From Eledone cirrhosa (lineage: Eukaryota): DNA of 64,000 nucleotides. This document shows positions 39,185 to 52,874 of the stretch, in pieces; position 1 is the first letter of the stretch; each line of letters begins with the position of its first letter. The stretch is taken from contig OZ024764.1 in assembly GCA_964016885.1 (NCBI GenBank), positions 19,530,001-19,594,000 of the forward strand. Direction: 5' to 3'. The position numbers were made by a program, and so were the translations under genes. The notes below the pieces were generated by a model that was not told the origin of the DNA, ran no database searches, and saw only the letters and a list, made by a program, of their open reading frames with translations.

Positions 39185-39340
39185 TCTAGTCTGTGGTGTT
39201 GGAGAAGTTTGGAGGAGATAGGTCCCTGACAACGAGGTTCTTGTTATCGTTGGCAGCTCTCCTTACTGAGGTGTCAGGTGATACATATGAGGGTGTTTGG
39301 TAGTTCCAACATCTTAGCCTTGCTATCACTCGAGGTAAGA
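39185..39340 (+). mobile_element. CRE-like endonuclease 3' fragment
   Basis: ..TRFLLSLAALLTEVSGDTYEGVW*FQHLSLAITRG; copy at about 51645-51785. Confidence 0.55.
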
Positions 39341-40446
39341 CTGTCTCAGAAAGTATTAGAGGGAGACTCCGGCACCCCATGTGATGTGAGACTGATTGAC
39401 AGAGTGTTGACTTAATATTTTCATTTGTTGTGATTCTATGTGAAATATATCTCTATGTAAGTAACTTGGTTACGTGAATCATTGTGAATCTCGTAAATAC
39501 TTAAACAGAAATCTACTTAGGACACAAAATAAAGCAGATTCCATTGTACAAAGTATCTAAAGGACATATATCAAAAAGAAGGGGGGGATGTAACGAGAGT
39601 TGTCTTCCCTTACATATGTTTTATGTTTTACTGTAGTAGGGGTATAGATGTGTTTGTCTGTCTCTCTCTCGGTATAAACTACCATTTGCACTGCCTGTTT
39701 TTTGTTCCTGTCTAATATTTAACTATATATATATATATATCCATCCCTCCAAAAATGATCAATTTAATTCTCTTTAACTCACTACATTCCACGACATGAA
39801 GTCTGCTATCAAAACTGACCAAAGAATCCTTCCACCTCTACCCCTCCCTCCATCTCAGTTTGTCACTCTACTTCCTACCTCTTCCCCCTTCCTCTCTCTC
39901 TATACTATTCCGTCTGTCCCCTCACCTTCTGATTCGTCTCTCTATATACTAGTAAATACAATTCCAAATAAATGTTTTTCTCTATATATTAAGAATTATT
40001 TCAAGAGTAACTTACTATTTTGAAAATTTGGACTGTGAACAACAATTATAATTGAGTGGCTGCTATTTGCAGGATAGAAATATAAGGTTGCACTTACCAA
40101 TGAAACGGTCGTAAATACCTGGATAAAATCCTTCTCTTAATGCTTACCTGTGTTTTCTCTTTTATACTATATATACATATATATATAATGGAATACTGTT
40201 GGATTTTTGCTACAATAATTTCTATATTCTTCATTTCTATATATATATATCTTGAGGTTGTGAGTTCGATTCCTGGACGAGGCGATGCGTTATGACCTTG
40301 AGCAAGACACTTTATTTCACGTTGTTCCTTCTACCTGGAGTTGCGACCGATAGTACTAGCAATTGGAAAGACCAATGGAAACATTGCTTCCTTGGTCTGA
40401 TTTGACGAAAGTCGATCGTTCCTTCATATATATATATATACACACA

Positions 40447-42474
40447 CTGTGGTACCTTCACTTACGAGTTTAATTTGTTCCGTGGAGGACCTCGTAACTT
40501 AAATTACTGGTATATCAAATCAATTTTCCCCACTGAAATAAAATAAAATGCCGTTAATCCGTTCCAGACCCCCCAAAAACCACAGTTTGTTTTGTTACGT
40601 GTTTTTAAATAAGAAAAATGTACTTATAAATGACAAATATTGTATATAAAAAACAATACAATAGAATGTACTACAATAAACTGGTTTTATTAAGTATAAT
40701 GTACAGCATCTATCTTGGAGATCAGACGACTTGAGGATGTTGACGGAGGAGAAAGGATGAACTGAATAACTGAATGTTATTCGCTGATTTTTGCTCTTTT
40801 CGCCACGCTTTCCTCACTTTTATCTGCAGGGATTTTCGATAAAAACCTGTCTAATAAGGTTTGTTTCATCTCACTTGTTGAGATAACCTCCTCTGTGTCA
40901 CCTATTTCCTGCAAAAACTCTGTGCGTTGCTGTGTCTGTAGCTCCTTTAATTCCTTCGTTGTCATTTCCTCGGGGTGCTCCTCGATGAGCTCGTTGATGT
41001 CACCTTCATCCATGTCCAGGCCCATGGAGTTACCGAGGGGTACAATCTCCTCCACCACTGCCGCTTCGGGTTCGAGTCTTTCAAAGTCTGTTTTAGACAC
41101 AACCTCAGGCCACAGCTTCTTCCATGTAGAGGTCAAGGTCCTCTTTGTAAGACCCTGCCATGTCATATCGATAATTCTGAGGCATATCACGATGTTATAA
41201 TGGTCCTTCCAGACCTCTCAAGGGTGAAGTTTGTGCTCCCCGTCACTTCAAAGCAGCGACTGAACAGGTGCTTGGTGAAGAGCTTCTTGAAATTAGAAAG
41301 TACCTGCTGATCCTTGGGCTGTAGGATAGGGGTGGTGTTTGGTGGAAGGTAGAGGACCTTTATAAACTTGAACTCTTCGAGGTTAGGTGGGTGAGCAGGT
41401 GTATTGTCCAGAACAAGAAGGGTTGCAGGGGTAGGTTATTTTCCTGGAGATATTTTTTAACGTCGGGACCAAAGACCAAATTCACCCACTCCACAAAGAA
41501 CTGCCTGGTGACCCATGACCTCGGGTTTGCCCTCCACATAACCTGCAGTTTTTCTTTCAGAATCTTATGCGACTTAAAGTTTTCCGAATGATAAACGAGC
41601 AGCGGCTTAATCTTACACTCGCCTCTCAGTGCGAGGGTTAGCCTATCCTTCATGGGTTTGTGGCCAGGCATCCTCTTCTCCTCTGCATCTTCTTCCAAAA
41701 AAGTCCTGTTTCATCACAGTTAAAGACTTGCTGAGGGATGTATCCTTTGGCTGCTATAATTCAGGCAAAGGTTTTGAGGTAATCCTCAGCTGCCTTCATA
41801 TCCGCGCTCACTGCCTCACCATGCCTGACAACGGAGTGAATCCCGGTCCTCTTTTTAAAATTCTCAAACCAACCCCGACTGGCATTAAAGGGCTTGCCGA
41901 TGCCTCGTCCGTAGAAGTACCTGGGGTCTGCTGCAGCAAATCAGCGTAAATAGCTCGTGCCTGCTCACATATTATAATCTTCATCACGGTATCTCTTGCG
42001 AGCTGCTTCTCCGTCAACCACACCATCAGCAGCTTTTCCATATTTTCATGGATAGTTGTCCGCTGTTTAGAAATTATTTTATCACCCTTAGCTGGGGTTA
42101 TAGCCTTTATCAAGTCCTTCTACTTCAGTATGGTACATATCGTAGAAGTGCTACGCTCGTACTACTTCACCAAGTCCACTACACACACACCTTGGTCATG
42201 TTTTTGTATAATTTCTTTCTTTAATTCAATACACATCATCTGCTTCTTCTTCTCAGAACTGTCCTTCGCCCTCACTTTCTTCGAAGCCATGGGATGCTGG
42301 GCGGGTGTTATGGTATTGCCTGTGGCGGTCACTATTCCAACTAGTGGCGGGGCATCTGAAGCTGACTCGTAACCCGAATTTTACTCTGGAACTCAACGCA
42401 AAAAATCAGCCGAGAGAGGGCTCGTATCTCGAAAAACTTATTAGTTGGGACACTCGTAAGACAAGGTACCACTG
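40447..42474 (-). mobile_element. Tigger/pogo (Tc1-mariner superfamily) transposon, decayed
   Basis: TIRs CTGTGGTACCTTCACTTACGAGT / ACTCGTAAGACAAGGTACCACTG; MEKLLMVW, MPGHKPMKDRLTL, PNTTPILQPKDQ, WKKLWP. Confidence 0.9.
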
Positions 42475-42559
42475 AATATATATATATATATTTGTGTTTG
42501 TGTGTGTGTGTGTGTATATGTATATTATGTATCTTCTGATTACTGAAGCTGGTGCATTA

Positions 42560-42942
42560 GATTTCACTGTCAACACTGTAAAGAGGTTGTGTAGGTGTCA
42601 TGACAAAAAGTACCCAGTCCACCCTGTAAAGTGGTACTGTAGGTGTCACGATAAAAAGTACCCAGTACTCACTGTAAAGTGGTCATGTAGGTGTCATGAC
42701 AAAAAGTAAAAAAGTACCCAGCCCACACTGTGAAGTGGTCGAGTAGGTGAGATAGTAAAAAGCACCCAGTACTCAATGTAAATAAGGTTGGTGCTAGGAA
42801 GGGCATCCAGCTGTAGAAACCAAACCAAAATTGGTTTTGTAGGAGCAACACGTGGTCACCTGACCTGGCATTGCTTACAACAGGATAACTCGTCTAACCC
42901 ATGCCAGCGTGGAAAAACTGATGTAAAACAGTGATGATGATA
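42560..42942 (+). repeat. SINE-like element with 48-bp internal repeats
   Basis: Paralogous to 15400-16062, fewer units. Confidence 0.65.
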
Positions 42943-43345
42943 TAACATTTGTTTAATAATGAATTCCAATCTCATTGTTAACAGCTATAGATGTCAGGAT
43001 GTGAACCTTTTTACTGAAATATCTTCTCCATGTTAGTGGCTGAAGAAGATTTAGAAAACTTTCACACAATAACCGTATTCCCTAACTTCTCCCCTAAAAA
43101 ATACAAGACAAGCAGGGCCAGACTTTTACCTACTGAAGCCCTAAGCTATATGAAGTTAGAGGTTCTTCTCTAAAAATATATAATTATCTTTTATATTAAT
43201 GTTAATGATAAAGAATAAATAATATAATAAATACCACCTTGGTGCTGAGGTGGCTAGCTGCTGGTGTGAACCTCACAAGATGGAATAGCTCCTCCAGCAC
43301 ATCTAGAACAACATGACCCTCTAATATCTAGTATTTAGTAACAAA

Positions 43346-43716
43346 CTAGACCACCCAGGACCTGTTGGGTCACGTTCCCTTAAAACTATTCTTTAAAAGT
43401 CATTTTAAAATAATTTTTAAATAGTTAAAATATACACATACATATATATATATATATATATACACATACGTATATATATATATATATACACACACATATT
43501 TTATTAAACACCACCAGCTCCCTCTCTCTCACAACCACTATCTCTTTCTCTGCCTATATTTATAAAGGTACCCAGAAATCCTGTATCTTGGGAACCTGTG
43601 TTCCAACTTATACAAAACTTGTTTTATTCCTTTCAAAGTATTTCCCCATTATGCACTGTTTTAGATGTATTAAATTACGGACAAGACACAATCACAGAGT
43701 TTTAGTAGTATATAGA
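43346..43716 (-). mobile_element. Non-autonomous Helitron-like element
   Basis: A|TC 5' end; GACC-CAACA-GGTC hairpin and CTAG|T 3' end on the minus strand. Confidence 0.6.
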
Positions 43717-43844
43717 TAATATAGCTTCAAATTAAAATTAGTAAACGACAGTTTGGAGAAATCTGTAACATTTATTAAACATTGCTCAAGTTTGTCAATT
43801 CCATAGCACAATAGTTTGTTAGTTAAAGTGTTTAGTTAGATGTT

Positions 43845-44216
43845 CTACATATAAAGAAGAGAGAATACTTTACCACAAATATTACAGTGGTATAATGATT
43901 TTCCCATCCCTTCTGGAAAATATTCCTATGTTGATGTAAATATTTCTATTGTTCATAATTTTATCAAATGTGATCTTTGTCAATATCCAAATATTTTGAA
44001 AACTCCTTTGTAAATATCTAAAATTTAATCAGAATGTAAAATCATCTTGTAAATATTCCAGACAGTGAAAAAGGAAAATGTTGTTATTTATCTCAATTCA
44101 GAAGAAATATTTCACCATAATTCACCACAGACTAAACAAGTTTATATCACTTGTATGTAACATCTTTCTGTTGTCTTTAAAAGACTCTTTTCTGTCAAGG
44201 TCATGTGATATTCTGA
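43845..44216 (-). pseudogene. Degenerate ZNF-type terminal exon with half-finger micro-ORF (unit 3)
   Basis: ORF 43907..43845 is identical to 770..708. Confidence 0.6.
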
Positions 44217-44499
44217 AATAGTAGAGAAACATTATTAAGATATTTAGAAAATAGAGATACAGCAGTGAAAACTTTACTACATCTCTATATTAATAGATAT
44301 AAACCTTACATGGTGACACAAACACTGCAACACTAACTTACAGGAAAACATCTAGTTACTTCAATCAGGTGAAGAGATAAACTAGATTGACTTCATTCTC
44401 ATCAGAAAACAGGATAGACAGATGGTTGGGAATATTAACTCCTTTACTGGAGAAGGACATACCACTCAACATAGACTAGATACTAGGTGTAAGATGTAG

Positions 44500-45138
44500 A
44501 GGAACTGACAGATACAAGACTATCTGGAGATAGAAGGGTTGGAGAGTAAAAGATCTCCCTGTTAAATATAAGATCTAGAGGGACTGTGAGAGGTACAAGA
44601 CAACCTAGAGAAAAGGGTAGGATAGTAAAAGATCTCCGTGTTAAATATAAGATATAGCGGGACCGTGAGAGAGATACAAGACAACCTAAATAAAGGGTAG
44701 AGATAATAAAAGATCTTCCTGTTAAATATAAAATCTAGAAGGACTGTGAGAGAGGTACAAGACAGCCTAGAGAAAAGGGTAGGGACAGTAAAAGATCTCC
44801 CTGTTAACTATAAGATCTAGAGGGACTGTGAGAGGTACAACACCACCTAGAGAAAAGGGTAGGGATACTAAAATATCTCCCTGTTAAATATAAGATCTAG
44901 AGGGACTGTGAGAGGCTCAAGATAACCTAGAGAAAAGGGTGGGGACAGTCAAAGATCTCCCTGTTAAATATAAGATCTACAGGGACTGTGAGACTGGTAC
45001 AAGACAACCTAGAGAAAAGGGTAGGGATAGTAAAAGATCTCCCTGTTAAATATAAGATCTAGAGGGACTGTGAGAGAGGTACAAGACAACCTAGAGAAAA
45101 GGGTAGGGACAGTAAAAGATCTCCCTGTTAAATATAAA
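44500..45138. repeat. ~82-bp minisatellite within RTE fragment
   Basis: Same unit as 1370-1920. Confidence 0.9.
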
Positions 45139-45789
45139 TTCAGAGATGTTCTACATGATACATATGATAAGGAGGAGGAGATTGATAGCTATCACATAGA
45201 AGATATCTGGAAGTTTCTTTCAGACAGCCTGTTGTGAACCACTGATGAGATCTGTAGTTGATGTAAGCTGCCAGCAAGATGAATGTTGCCTTGGTGATGG
45301 AATAGTACAGTAGATAGAAGTTGAAATCTAAAAGACCTGAAGAGACAGGAGGGGAACAACAATATCAAATAGTTAAAATGGAAGCTAGATATTAGGCTTA
45401 CAAGTTATTGATTTCTGTTGTTATTGTTAAAATCTGTTTAATCTGTGATATTTGAGACAATGTACAGGACAATAGAATTAATATCAATGTCTGACTAGCA
45501 ACAACAAAAGTTTTCATTTTATTGGCAGGTTTAAATTACAGAAGTTCCCAACCTTTACTAAAAATACAAATATATATCTTACCTGTTAAAGTATAATAAA
45601 TCAAAGTTTAATGTGAAAAACTTTAATTTACACAAAATCTTCAAACACTGCTTCAAAAATGGAAACCTGGTGTTTATGGTCCCTGTCATAGGTAAAACCT
45701 ACAAGGTTAACCCCAGTTTTAGCAAGGATGATGGATCTACACATTTGTTGTTGTAGTATGATGTAATGAGTTTGATATTGATACAGCTA

Positions 45790-45891
<102 letters not shown>

Positions 45892-45940
45892 TTAGTGGGT
45901 AGTTAAGGTATTACCCTGACTGAATGATTTACTACAGATG

Positions 45941-47488
45941 TCAATGATGTAGCTTCTCTCCTGAATGAATTTGTTTGTGAACTCTGACGCTACTACTGTG
46001 ACTGAATGATTTACCACAGATATCACAGTGATATGGCTTCTCTCCTGTATGAATACGTTTGTGAGTAGTTAGGTGATGACTACAAGAGAATGATTTACCA
46101 CAGATATCACAATGATATGGGTTCTCTCCTGTATGAATACGTTTGTGAGTAGTTAGGTTATTATTTTTAGTGAATGTTTTACCACAGATATCACAGTGAT
46201 ATGGGTTCTCTCCTGTATGAATACGTCTGTGAGTAGTTAGGTGATTACTACGAGAGAATGATTTACCACAGATATCACACTGATATGGCTTCTCTCCTGT
46301 ATGAATACGTTGGTGTTTAACGAAGCTACTTCTGTCAGAGAATGTTTTACCACAGATATCACAGTGATATGGTTTCTCTCCTGTATGAATACGTTTGTGG
46401 GTAGTTAAGGTATTTCTGTGACTGAATGATTTACCACAGATGTGACAGTGATGTGGCTTCTCTCCTGTATGAATTTGTTTGTGAACTCTGAAGCTACTAC
46501 TGTCACTGAATGATTTATCACAGATATCACATTGATATGGCTTCTCTCCTGTATGAATACGTTTGTGAGTAGTTAGGTGATGACTACAAGTGAATGATTT
46601 ACCACAGATATCACAATGATATGGGTTTTCTCCTGTATGAATACGTTTGTGAGTAGTTAGGTTATTATTTTTAGAGAACGTTTTACCACAGATATCACAG
46701 TGATATGGTTTCTCTCCTGTATGAATACGTTTGTGAGTAGTTAGGTGATTACTCTGAGAGAATGATTTACCACAGATATCACAGTGATATGGCTTCTCTC
46801 CTGTATGAATACGTTGGTGTTTAGTTAAGGTATTATTGTGACTGAATGATTTGCCACAGATGTCACAGTGATATGTCTTCTCTCCTGTATGAATACGTTT
46901 GTGAACTCTGACGCTACTACTGTGACTGAATGATTTGTCACAGATATCACACTGATATGGTTTCTCTCCTGTATGAATATGTTGGTGTTTAAGGAAGCTA
47001 CTTCTGCCAGAGAATGATTTACTACAGATGTCACAGTGATATGGCTTCTCTTCTGTATGAATACGTCTGTGATTAGTTAGGTGACTACTACCAGAGAATG
47101 ATTTACCACAGATATCACACTGATATGGCTTCTCTCCTGTATGAATACGTTGGTGTTTAACAAAGCTACTTCTGTAAGAGAATGATTTAACACAGATATC
47201 ACAGTGATATGGCTTCTCTCCTGTATGAATACGTTGGTGTTTAACAAAGCTACTTCTGTAAGAGAATGATTTACTACAGATATCACACTGATATAGTTTC
47301 TCTCCTGTATGAATACGTTTGTGTTTAGTTAATTTATTATTTTTAGAGAATGATTTACCACAGATATCACAGTCATATGTCTTCTCTTCTGTATGACTTA
47401 GTTTGTGTCTAGTTAATTTATTATTTTTAGAGAATGATTTACCACAGACATCACAGTGGAATGGTGATTTTACTATATTTTTAGACAT
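45941..47488 (-). CDS. C2H2 zinc-finger gene 3, 515 aa, 18 fingers, C-terminally truncated
   Basis: Open ORF; a 2-bp deletion at about 45943 creates the stop; two orphan fingers continue to the ancestral stop at 45787. Confidence 0.92.
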   Translation of the reverse strand: MSKNIVKSPFHCDVCGKSFSKNNKLTRHKLSHTEEKTYDCDICGKSFSKNNKLTKHKRIHTGEKLYQCDICSKSFSYRSSFVKHQRIHTGEKPYHCDICVKSFSYRSSFVKHQRIHTGEKPYQCDICGKSFSGSSHLTNHRRIHTEEKPYHCDICSKSFSGRSSFLKHQHIHTGEKPYQCDICDKSFSHSSSVRVHKRIHTGEKTYHCDICGKSFSHNNTLTKHQRIHTGEKPYHCDICGKSFSQSNHLTTHKRIHTGEKPYHCDICGKTFSKNNNLTTHKRIHTGENPYHCDICGKSFTCSHHLTTHKRIHTGEKPYQCDICDKSFSDSSSFRVHKQIHTGEKPHHCHICGKSFSHRNTLTTHKRIHTGEKPYHCDICGKTFSDRSSFVKHQRIHTGEKPYQCDICGKSFSRSNHLTTHRRIHTGENPYHCDICGKTFTKNNNLTTHKRIHTGENPYHCDICGKSFSCSHHLTTHKRIHTGEKPYHCDICGKSFSHSSSVRVHKQIHSGEKLHH

Positions 47489-48269
47489 ATCTCATAAAAG
47501 ATATCAATCACCTCAGTTTCTCACATAATTCACAGTTTTAATATTTTTCTTCTCGCAATATATGGATATTTTTCTTCTTTGTTTATAATATTATTCCTAA
47601 AACATATTCCTCCAGATATATTTCCATCAACTTTGGTCTTTCTTTATATTTAAAGATGATACAAACTGTTTTGTAGATCTCTTCAAGTTTAATATACATA
47701 TAAAATCATCTTGTACATATTCCAGACAGTGAAGAATCTAATTTTTCTGGTTTTTATTTGATTAGTTATTCCTGTAATAATGGAAATATTTCTACTCCTG
47801 TAGTTCCATCTACTATCATCTTTGTCAATATATGAAGATCTTACAAAATCATGTGTAATTGAGTTTACAAGAAATATTTCCCAGTATTTCTCCCCTAGAT
47901 TTATATAAACAAGGTTGTATCTGTTCTGTATAACAGCTTCCTTTAGTCTTTAAATAATGGTGTTGATGAAACAACTGATATAAAAGTGTTTTATCTTTTT
48001 CATACCAGTCTTTATATTTATCTAAAAACTTTCCATCGTAACTTCATGAAATGGTGCAAAGTTATGTTCCAAATAGCAGCTTAATACTGAGAAATTTAGT
48101 TATATTACTAAATCCCTTCAAAGTGTTGAGTGTTTTCAAAATTATTTGAAAATGATGGGTAGTGTCTTTCATTAGAAATGGTTAATATTGAGGATATCTC
48201 TTTAATGCCAATGTCCTCTGGTATTCTGAAATAATAAAAGAACATTATAAGATACTCAGAAACTTGTAA

Positions 48270-48484
48270 TAACTGTATTACCCTATGATGATACTATAAC
48301 ATTATAAACCTAAAACTCTGTGATTGTGTCTCGTCTGTAATGTAATACAGCCAAAACGGGGCATAATGGGAAAATAGTTTGAAAGGAAGTTGACCCTGAA
48401 ATGGGAATACAAATGGGATAAAACAAGTTTCACGTAAATCAGAGCCCAGGTTGCCGAGATATGGGGTTTTTCAGGTACCTTCAT

Positions 48485-48518
<34 letters not shown>

Positions 48519-48601
48519 AGAAAGCTGGTGGTGTTGTTGAACGAAAAATTTTAAAATTATAACAAGAGACTTGTGTGTGTGCGTCTGTGAGAGACACTCC
48601 C

Positions 48602-48660
<59 letters not shown>

Positions 48661-48786
48661 GTATATACATAAACATGGGCCTACCTCGTAATTTCATTTT
48701 AGATTATAGACATGTCTGTGTATATGTTAATTATTTAAAAATTATTTTTAAAGGAAACGTGACCCAACAGGTCACAGGTGTTCTAG
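48270..48786 (+). mobile_element. Helitron-like element, 5' end clipped by deletion
   Basis: Paralog of 8593-9041; GTGACC-CAACA-GGTCAC hairpin, CTAG|T at 48783-48786; expanded (GA)n and (TA)n. Confidence 0.6.
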
Positions 48787-49544
48787 TAAGATTATAAATA
48801 CAAACACACAAAAGATAGAATCTACTCAAACGTTAATATCTCAGACACCAGTAGATAACTGGAACTTTATTTTATCCACCCTGTTAGAATGAAAGACAAA
48901 GTTAACTTTGGTGGGATTTGAACTCATAACATAAAGGGTTGAAATCCCGCCGAGGTTAGCTTTGCCCTTCATCTTTACGGGGTTGATTTACGATCTAATA
49001 ATAGTTTCTAATTTAGACACAAGGTCGACAATGTTTGGGGGGAATAAGCTGATTAAATCAAACACAGTTACTGTGAGATCACTTCTTTGATAGTTTGTTT
49101 AAAAATAACTGATTCACAATTTACGTATGAAAAGTTGACAAAGATTTACAAGTGGTGTTATCAATAAATAGCGCCTTCAAAGTAGCAGGAAACGACTAGA
49201 TTTGTAGATAAAGAAGTGGGAGACAGGATTATCGGAGTTTAGAACAGCTACACACTTCTCCAGTTGGCTGGGAAATAATTATCTTTCCTTAATTTTATTT
49301 CTCGACCTCTTAGATGTTTGCAAACGAATTTTCTTCCTGAAAACGGAAACCCTAACCCTAATACTGGGGAATAAAACGTCTATTGCAAGTATCTAAGGGG
49401 TTCAGAGAAAATATTGAAAAGGGGTCTAGAAAAAAATCTAAGAAAAATAATTATTTCCCACCCAACGTGAGGTGTGAGTAGATCTGTGAAACTACATCTC
49501 TTCGTATACTTTCACCCTACTTTTTCTACAAATCTAGTCGTTTC

Positions 49545-49857
49545 CGTGAGGGTATCTGGTTATTTAAGCACCTGAGCCTCACCTTACCGAGGCGTCAGGT
49601 GATACCCGTGAGGGTAACTGGTTATTTCAGCACCTTAGCCTCACCTTAATGAGGTGTCAGGTGATACCCGTGAGGGTACCTGGTTATTTCAGCAACTTAG
49701 CCTCACCTTAATGAGGTGTCAGGTGATACCCGTGAGGGTACCTGGTTATTTCAGCACCTTAGCCTCACCTTAATGAGGTGTCAGGTGATACCCGTGATGG
49801 TACCTGGTTATTTCAGCACCTTAGCCTCACCATCACCAGTGTGTTGGCTTGCCTCAA
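49545..49857 (+). repeat. 62-bp tandem repeat (~4.6 units) derived from CRE-like element
   Basis: GAGGTGTCAGGTGATACCCGTGAGGGTACCTGGTTATTTCAGCACCTTAGCCTCACCTTAAT; translates as EVSGDTREGTWLFQHLSLT. Confidence 0.85.
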
Positions 49858-49931
49858 TGTAGTTAACCCCTAAAGTGTGAGGTAAAATATAGATAATTAC
49901 CATAACATTTTATATTTCCAGTAATGAAACA

Positions 49932-50631
49932 CCATATCAATTGCTCCAATGCAGTTTATCATCTCGCCAAACTTGTTGGCACCAACTCTCTGTCGCCAAA
50001 GACTGCAATATAAGATTGAAATAAAGCAGCTCTGGTACCATGTTGGCCCGCGTCGATCTCGACAATGATGGACTCACCATTGTCATCGAAGCCTCCAAGT
50101 TGTTGGCGATTTTCCTCCAAATATTGCTGGCAAATTTCTCGAATAAAATTGCACCAGTCAATAATTGTCGGTTGGGAGACTCCCGTTTCTCGAATCATCT
50201 CAGCTTGTGTATAATTGTAGCACCACATGTATAAAATAAAAATAAGGTGGTCGAGTGGCACATGGCTTCCTTGAAAAAAACAATTATGTCGCACTGCTTG
50301 GGAGACATTGTCGGGGTTACATCGCCATCTCCATTTCTTGTGAGTTTCAGAATAATGGTTTAATGTGCAGGTTTCATTACAAACAGGACAATTGACACTG
50401 TCACTGCCGTCTTACCAGCCACTGTAACATAGATTGTCACCGTGTATGACAGGTATAAGAGTAACAAGTGTAATATTCTCATTAACGATGTCATTTACAT
50501 CCAAAACATCAACTAACGTAGTGCCAGCCCGTAGTCGTCCAACCAGTTTTTGTATTCAGATAAACAATAGTTTTTAATGAATCGAAAATGAAAATAAATT
50601 TCATTTCTGACGTGAGACTTAAGGTTGAGCG
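49932..50631 (-). mobile_element. Merlin/IS1595-family transposase fragment
   Basis: CPVC..WRWRC, FFQGSH, IDWCNFIREIC..LGG..IIVEID; segment absent at the paralogous site near 34657. Confidence 0.7.
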
Positions 50632-50690
50632 AAGAAAATATATATTTGTGATGTGAAAAGTGAGCTTAAATCTAGAATATTAATAGACAT

Positions 50691-50828
50691 AATACTTACA
50701 TTATAGTCTCAGGTGTTTAGTATTTACAGAAATGTTTTCTAAATGTTGTTGTAGGAAGACTAACACGTGGACAGGAAGTCGACAACGGCACCACTGCGCA
50801 TGCTTCAATGTTTTTTTGTGACGTAAAA
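50691..50828 (-). promoter_or_regulatory. Candidate promoter and first exon of ZNF gene 3
   Basis: Same motif block and GTAAGT donor as 9881 and 34720. Confidence 0.6.
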
Positions 50829-52874
50829 ATATTTTTACCGAATTAAATTACGTAAAGTTTGTAATAAAAAATGAAGTTGAAAACAGTAAATGTAATTAAA
50901 ATAGAGAAAGTAAGGTGTTGGTGAGGAATGGACGGTAGACGTTTTACCTCAGTCTAGGTAGTGTATTTTACCTGTGTCACTCGGACAATAGCCAGCGATG
51001 ATCACTACACCAACCACTCTCTCCTTCAGATGGTGTCCACTTTCGTGAGTCTGTAGAATAATAGGGCAGTTGGAAGACAGAGGACAGCAGAGGAGGCCTT
51101 GACTTGAAAAGAGTATCACTTGATACCTCGATATAGCCTGTTGGTAGAAATAGTAGGGTGCTGGATCAATCGAGTACCCTGACATAGATCCCGGGTATCT
51201 CGGTAAAATAGGGTCATATGGGGGCTAAACCCCCAGAACAGCTAGGTACCCTGACAGAGATCCTCGGGTACTTCTGTAAGATCGGGTCATATGGGGGCTA
51301 AGTTGCCAGAACAGCTAAGTACCCTCACAAGAGTCATCGGGTACTTCGGTAAAGCCAGCCGCCAACAGTGACAACAACATCGTTGTCAGCAGCCCAGCTT
51401 CTCAAACATCACAGACTGGAATAAATACTTTGCCGATAATTACTGGTAGTTTAACTTTTATTTCGTTCGTCTACGGAAGCAGTGACCCTCACTTTTACTA
51501 CAGCATGTAGGATGTGGGAGGGAGACGAAAACATCACTAACTGGGGTCTCACAAATGTGACAGTTAGTTTTGAAAATACATATACAAGATACAAGATAAA
51601 TGACTAGACTGAAATATATTTGATAGGGAATAAAGAGTAGAATATTCTAGTTTGTGGTGTTGGAGAAGTTTGGAGGAGATAGGTCCCTGACATCGTTGGC
51701 AGCTCTCCTTACTGAGGTGTCAGGTGATACATATGAGGGTGTTTGGTAGTTCCAACATCTTAGCCTTGCTATCACTCGAGGTAAGACTGTCTCAGAAAGT
51801 ATTAGAGGGAGACTGCAGCACCCCATGTGATGTGAGACTGATTGACAGAGTGTTGACTTAATATTTTCATTTGTTGTGATTCTATGTGAAATATATCTCT
51901 ATGTAAGTAACTTGGTTACGTGAATCATTGTGAATCTCGTAAATACTTAAACAGAAATCTACTCAGGACACAAAATAAAGCAGATTCCATTGAACAAAGT
52001 ATTTAAAGGACGTATATCAAAAAGAAGGGGGCGATGTAACGAGAGTTGTCTCCCCTTACATATGTTTTATGTTTTACTGTAGTAGGGGTATAGATGTGTT
52101 TGTCTGTCTCTCTCTCGGTATAAACTACCATTTGCACTGCCTCTGTTTTTTTGTTCCTGTCTAATATTTAACTATATATAAATATATATCCATCCCTCCC
52201 ACTATAATCAATTTAATTCTCTTTAACTCACTACATTCCACATGAAGTCTGCTATCAAAGCTGACAAAGAATCCTTCCACCTCTACCCCTCCCTCCATTT
52301 GTCACTCTACTTCCTACCTCTTCCTCTCTCTCTATACTATTCCGTCTGTCCCCTCACCTTCTGATTCCTCTCTCTATATACTAGTAAATACAATTCCAAA
52401 TAAATGTTTTTCTCTATATATTAAGAATTATTTCAAGAGTAACTTACTATTTTGAAAATTTGGACTGTGAACAACAATTATAATTGAGTGGCTGCTATTT
52501 GCAGGATAGAAATATAAGGTTGCACTTACCAATGAAACGGTCGTAAATACCTGGATAAAAGCCTTCTCTTAATGCTTACCTGTGTTTTCTCTTTTATACT
52601 ATATATACATATATATAATGGAATACTGTTGGCTTTTTGCTACAATAATTTCTATATTCTTCATTTATATATATATATATCTTGAGGTTGTGAGTTCGAT
52701 TCCTGGACCAGGCGATGCGTTATGACCTTGAGCAAGACACTTTATTTCACGTTGTTCCTTCTACCTGGAGTTGCGACCGATAGTACTAGCAATTGGAAAG
52801 ACCAATGGAAACATTGCTTCCTCGGTCCGATTTGACGAAAGTCGATCGTTCCTTCATATATATATATACACACA

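Noticed and set aside
40253-40335. tRNA gene (GAGTTCGATTCC B-box; copy at about 52684)
   Set aside because: No cloverleaf or A-box; followed by a SINE-like body, so it is a tRNA-derived SINE fragment.
49545-49830. Hammerhead ribozyme array in the 62-bp repeat
   Set aside because: No CUGANGA/GAAA core on either strand; explained as CRE-like coding sequence.
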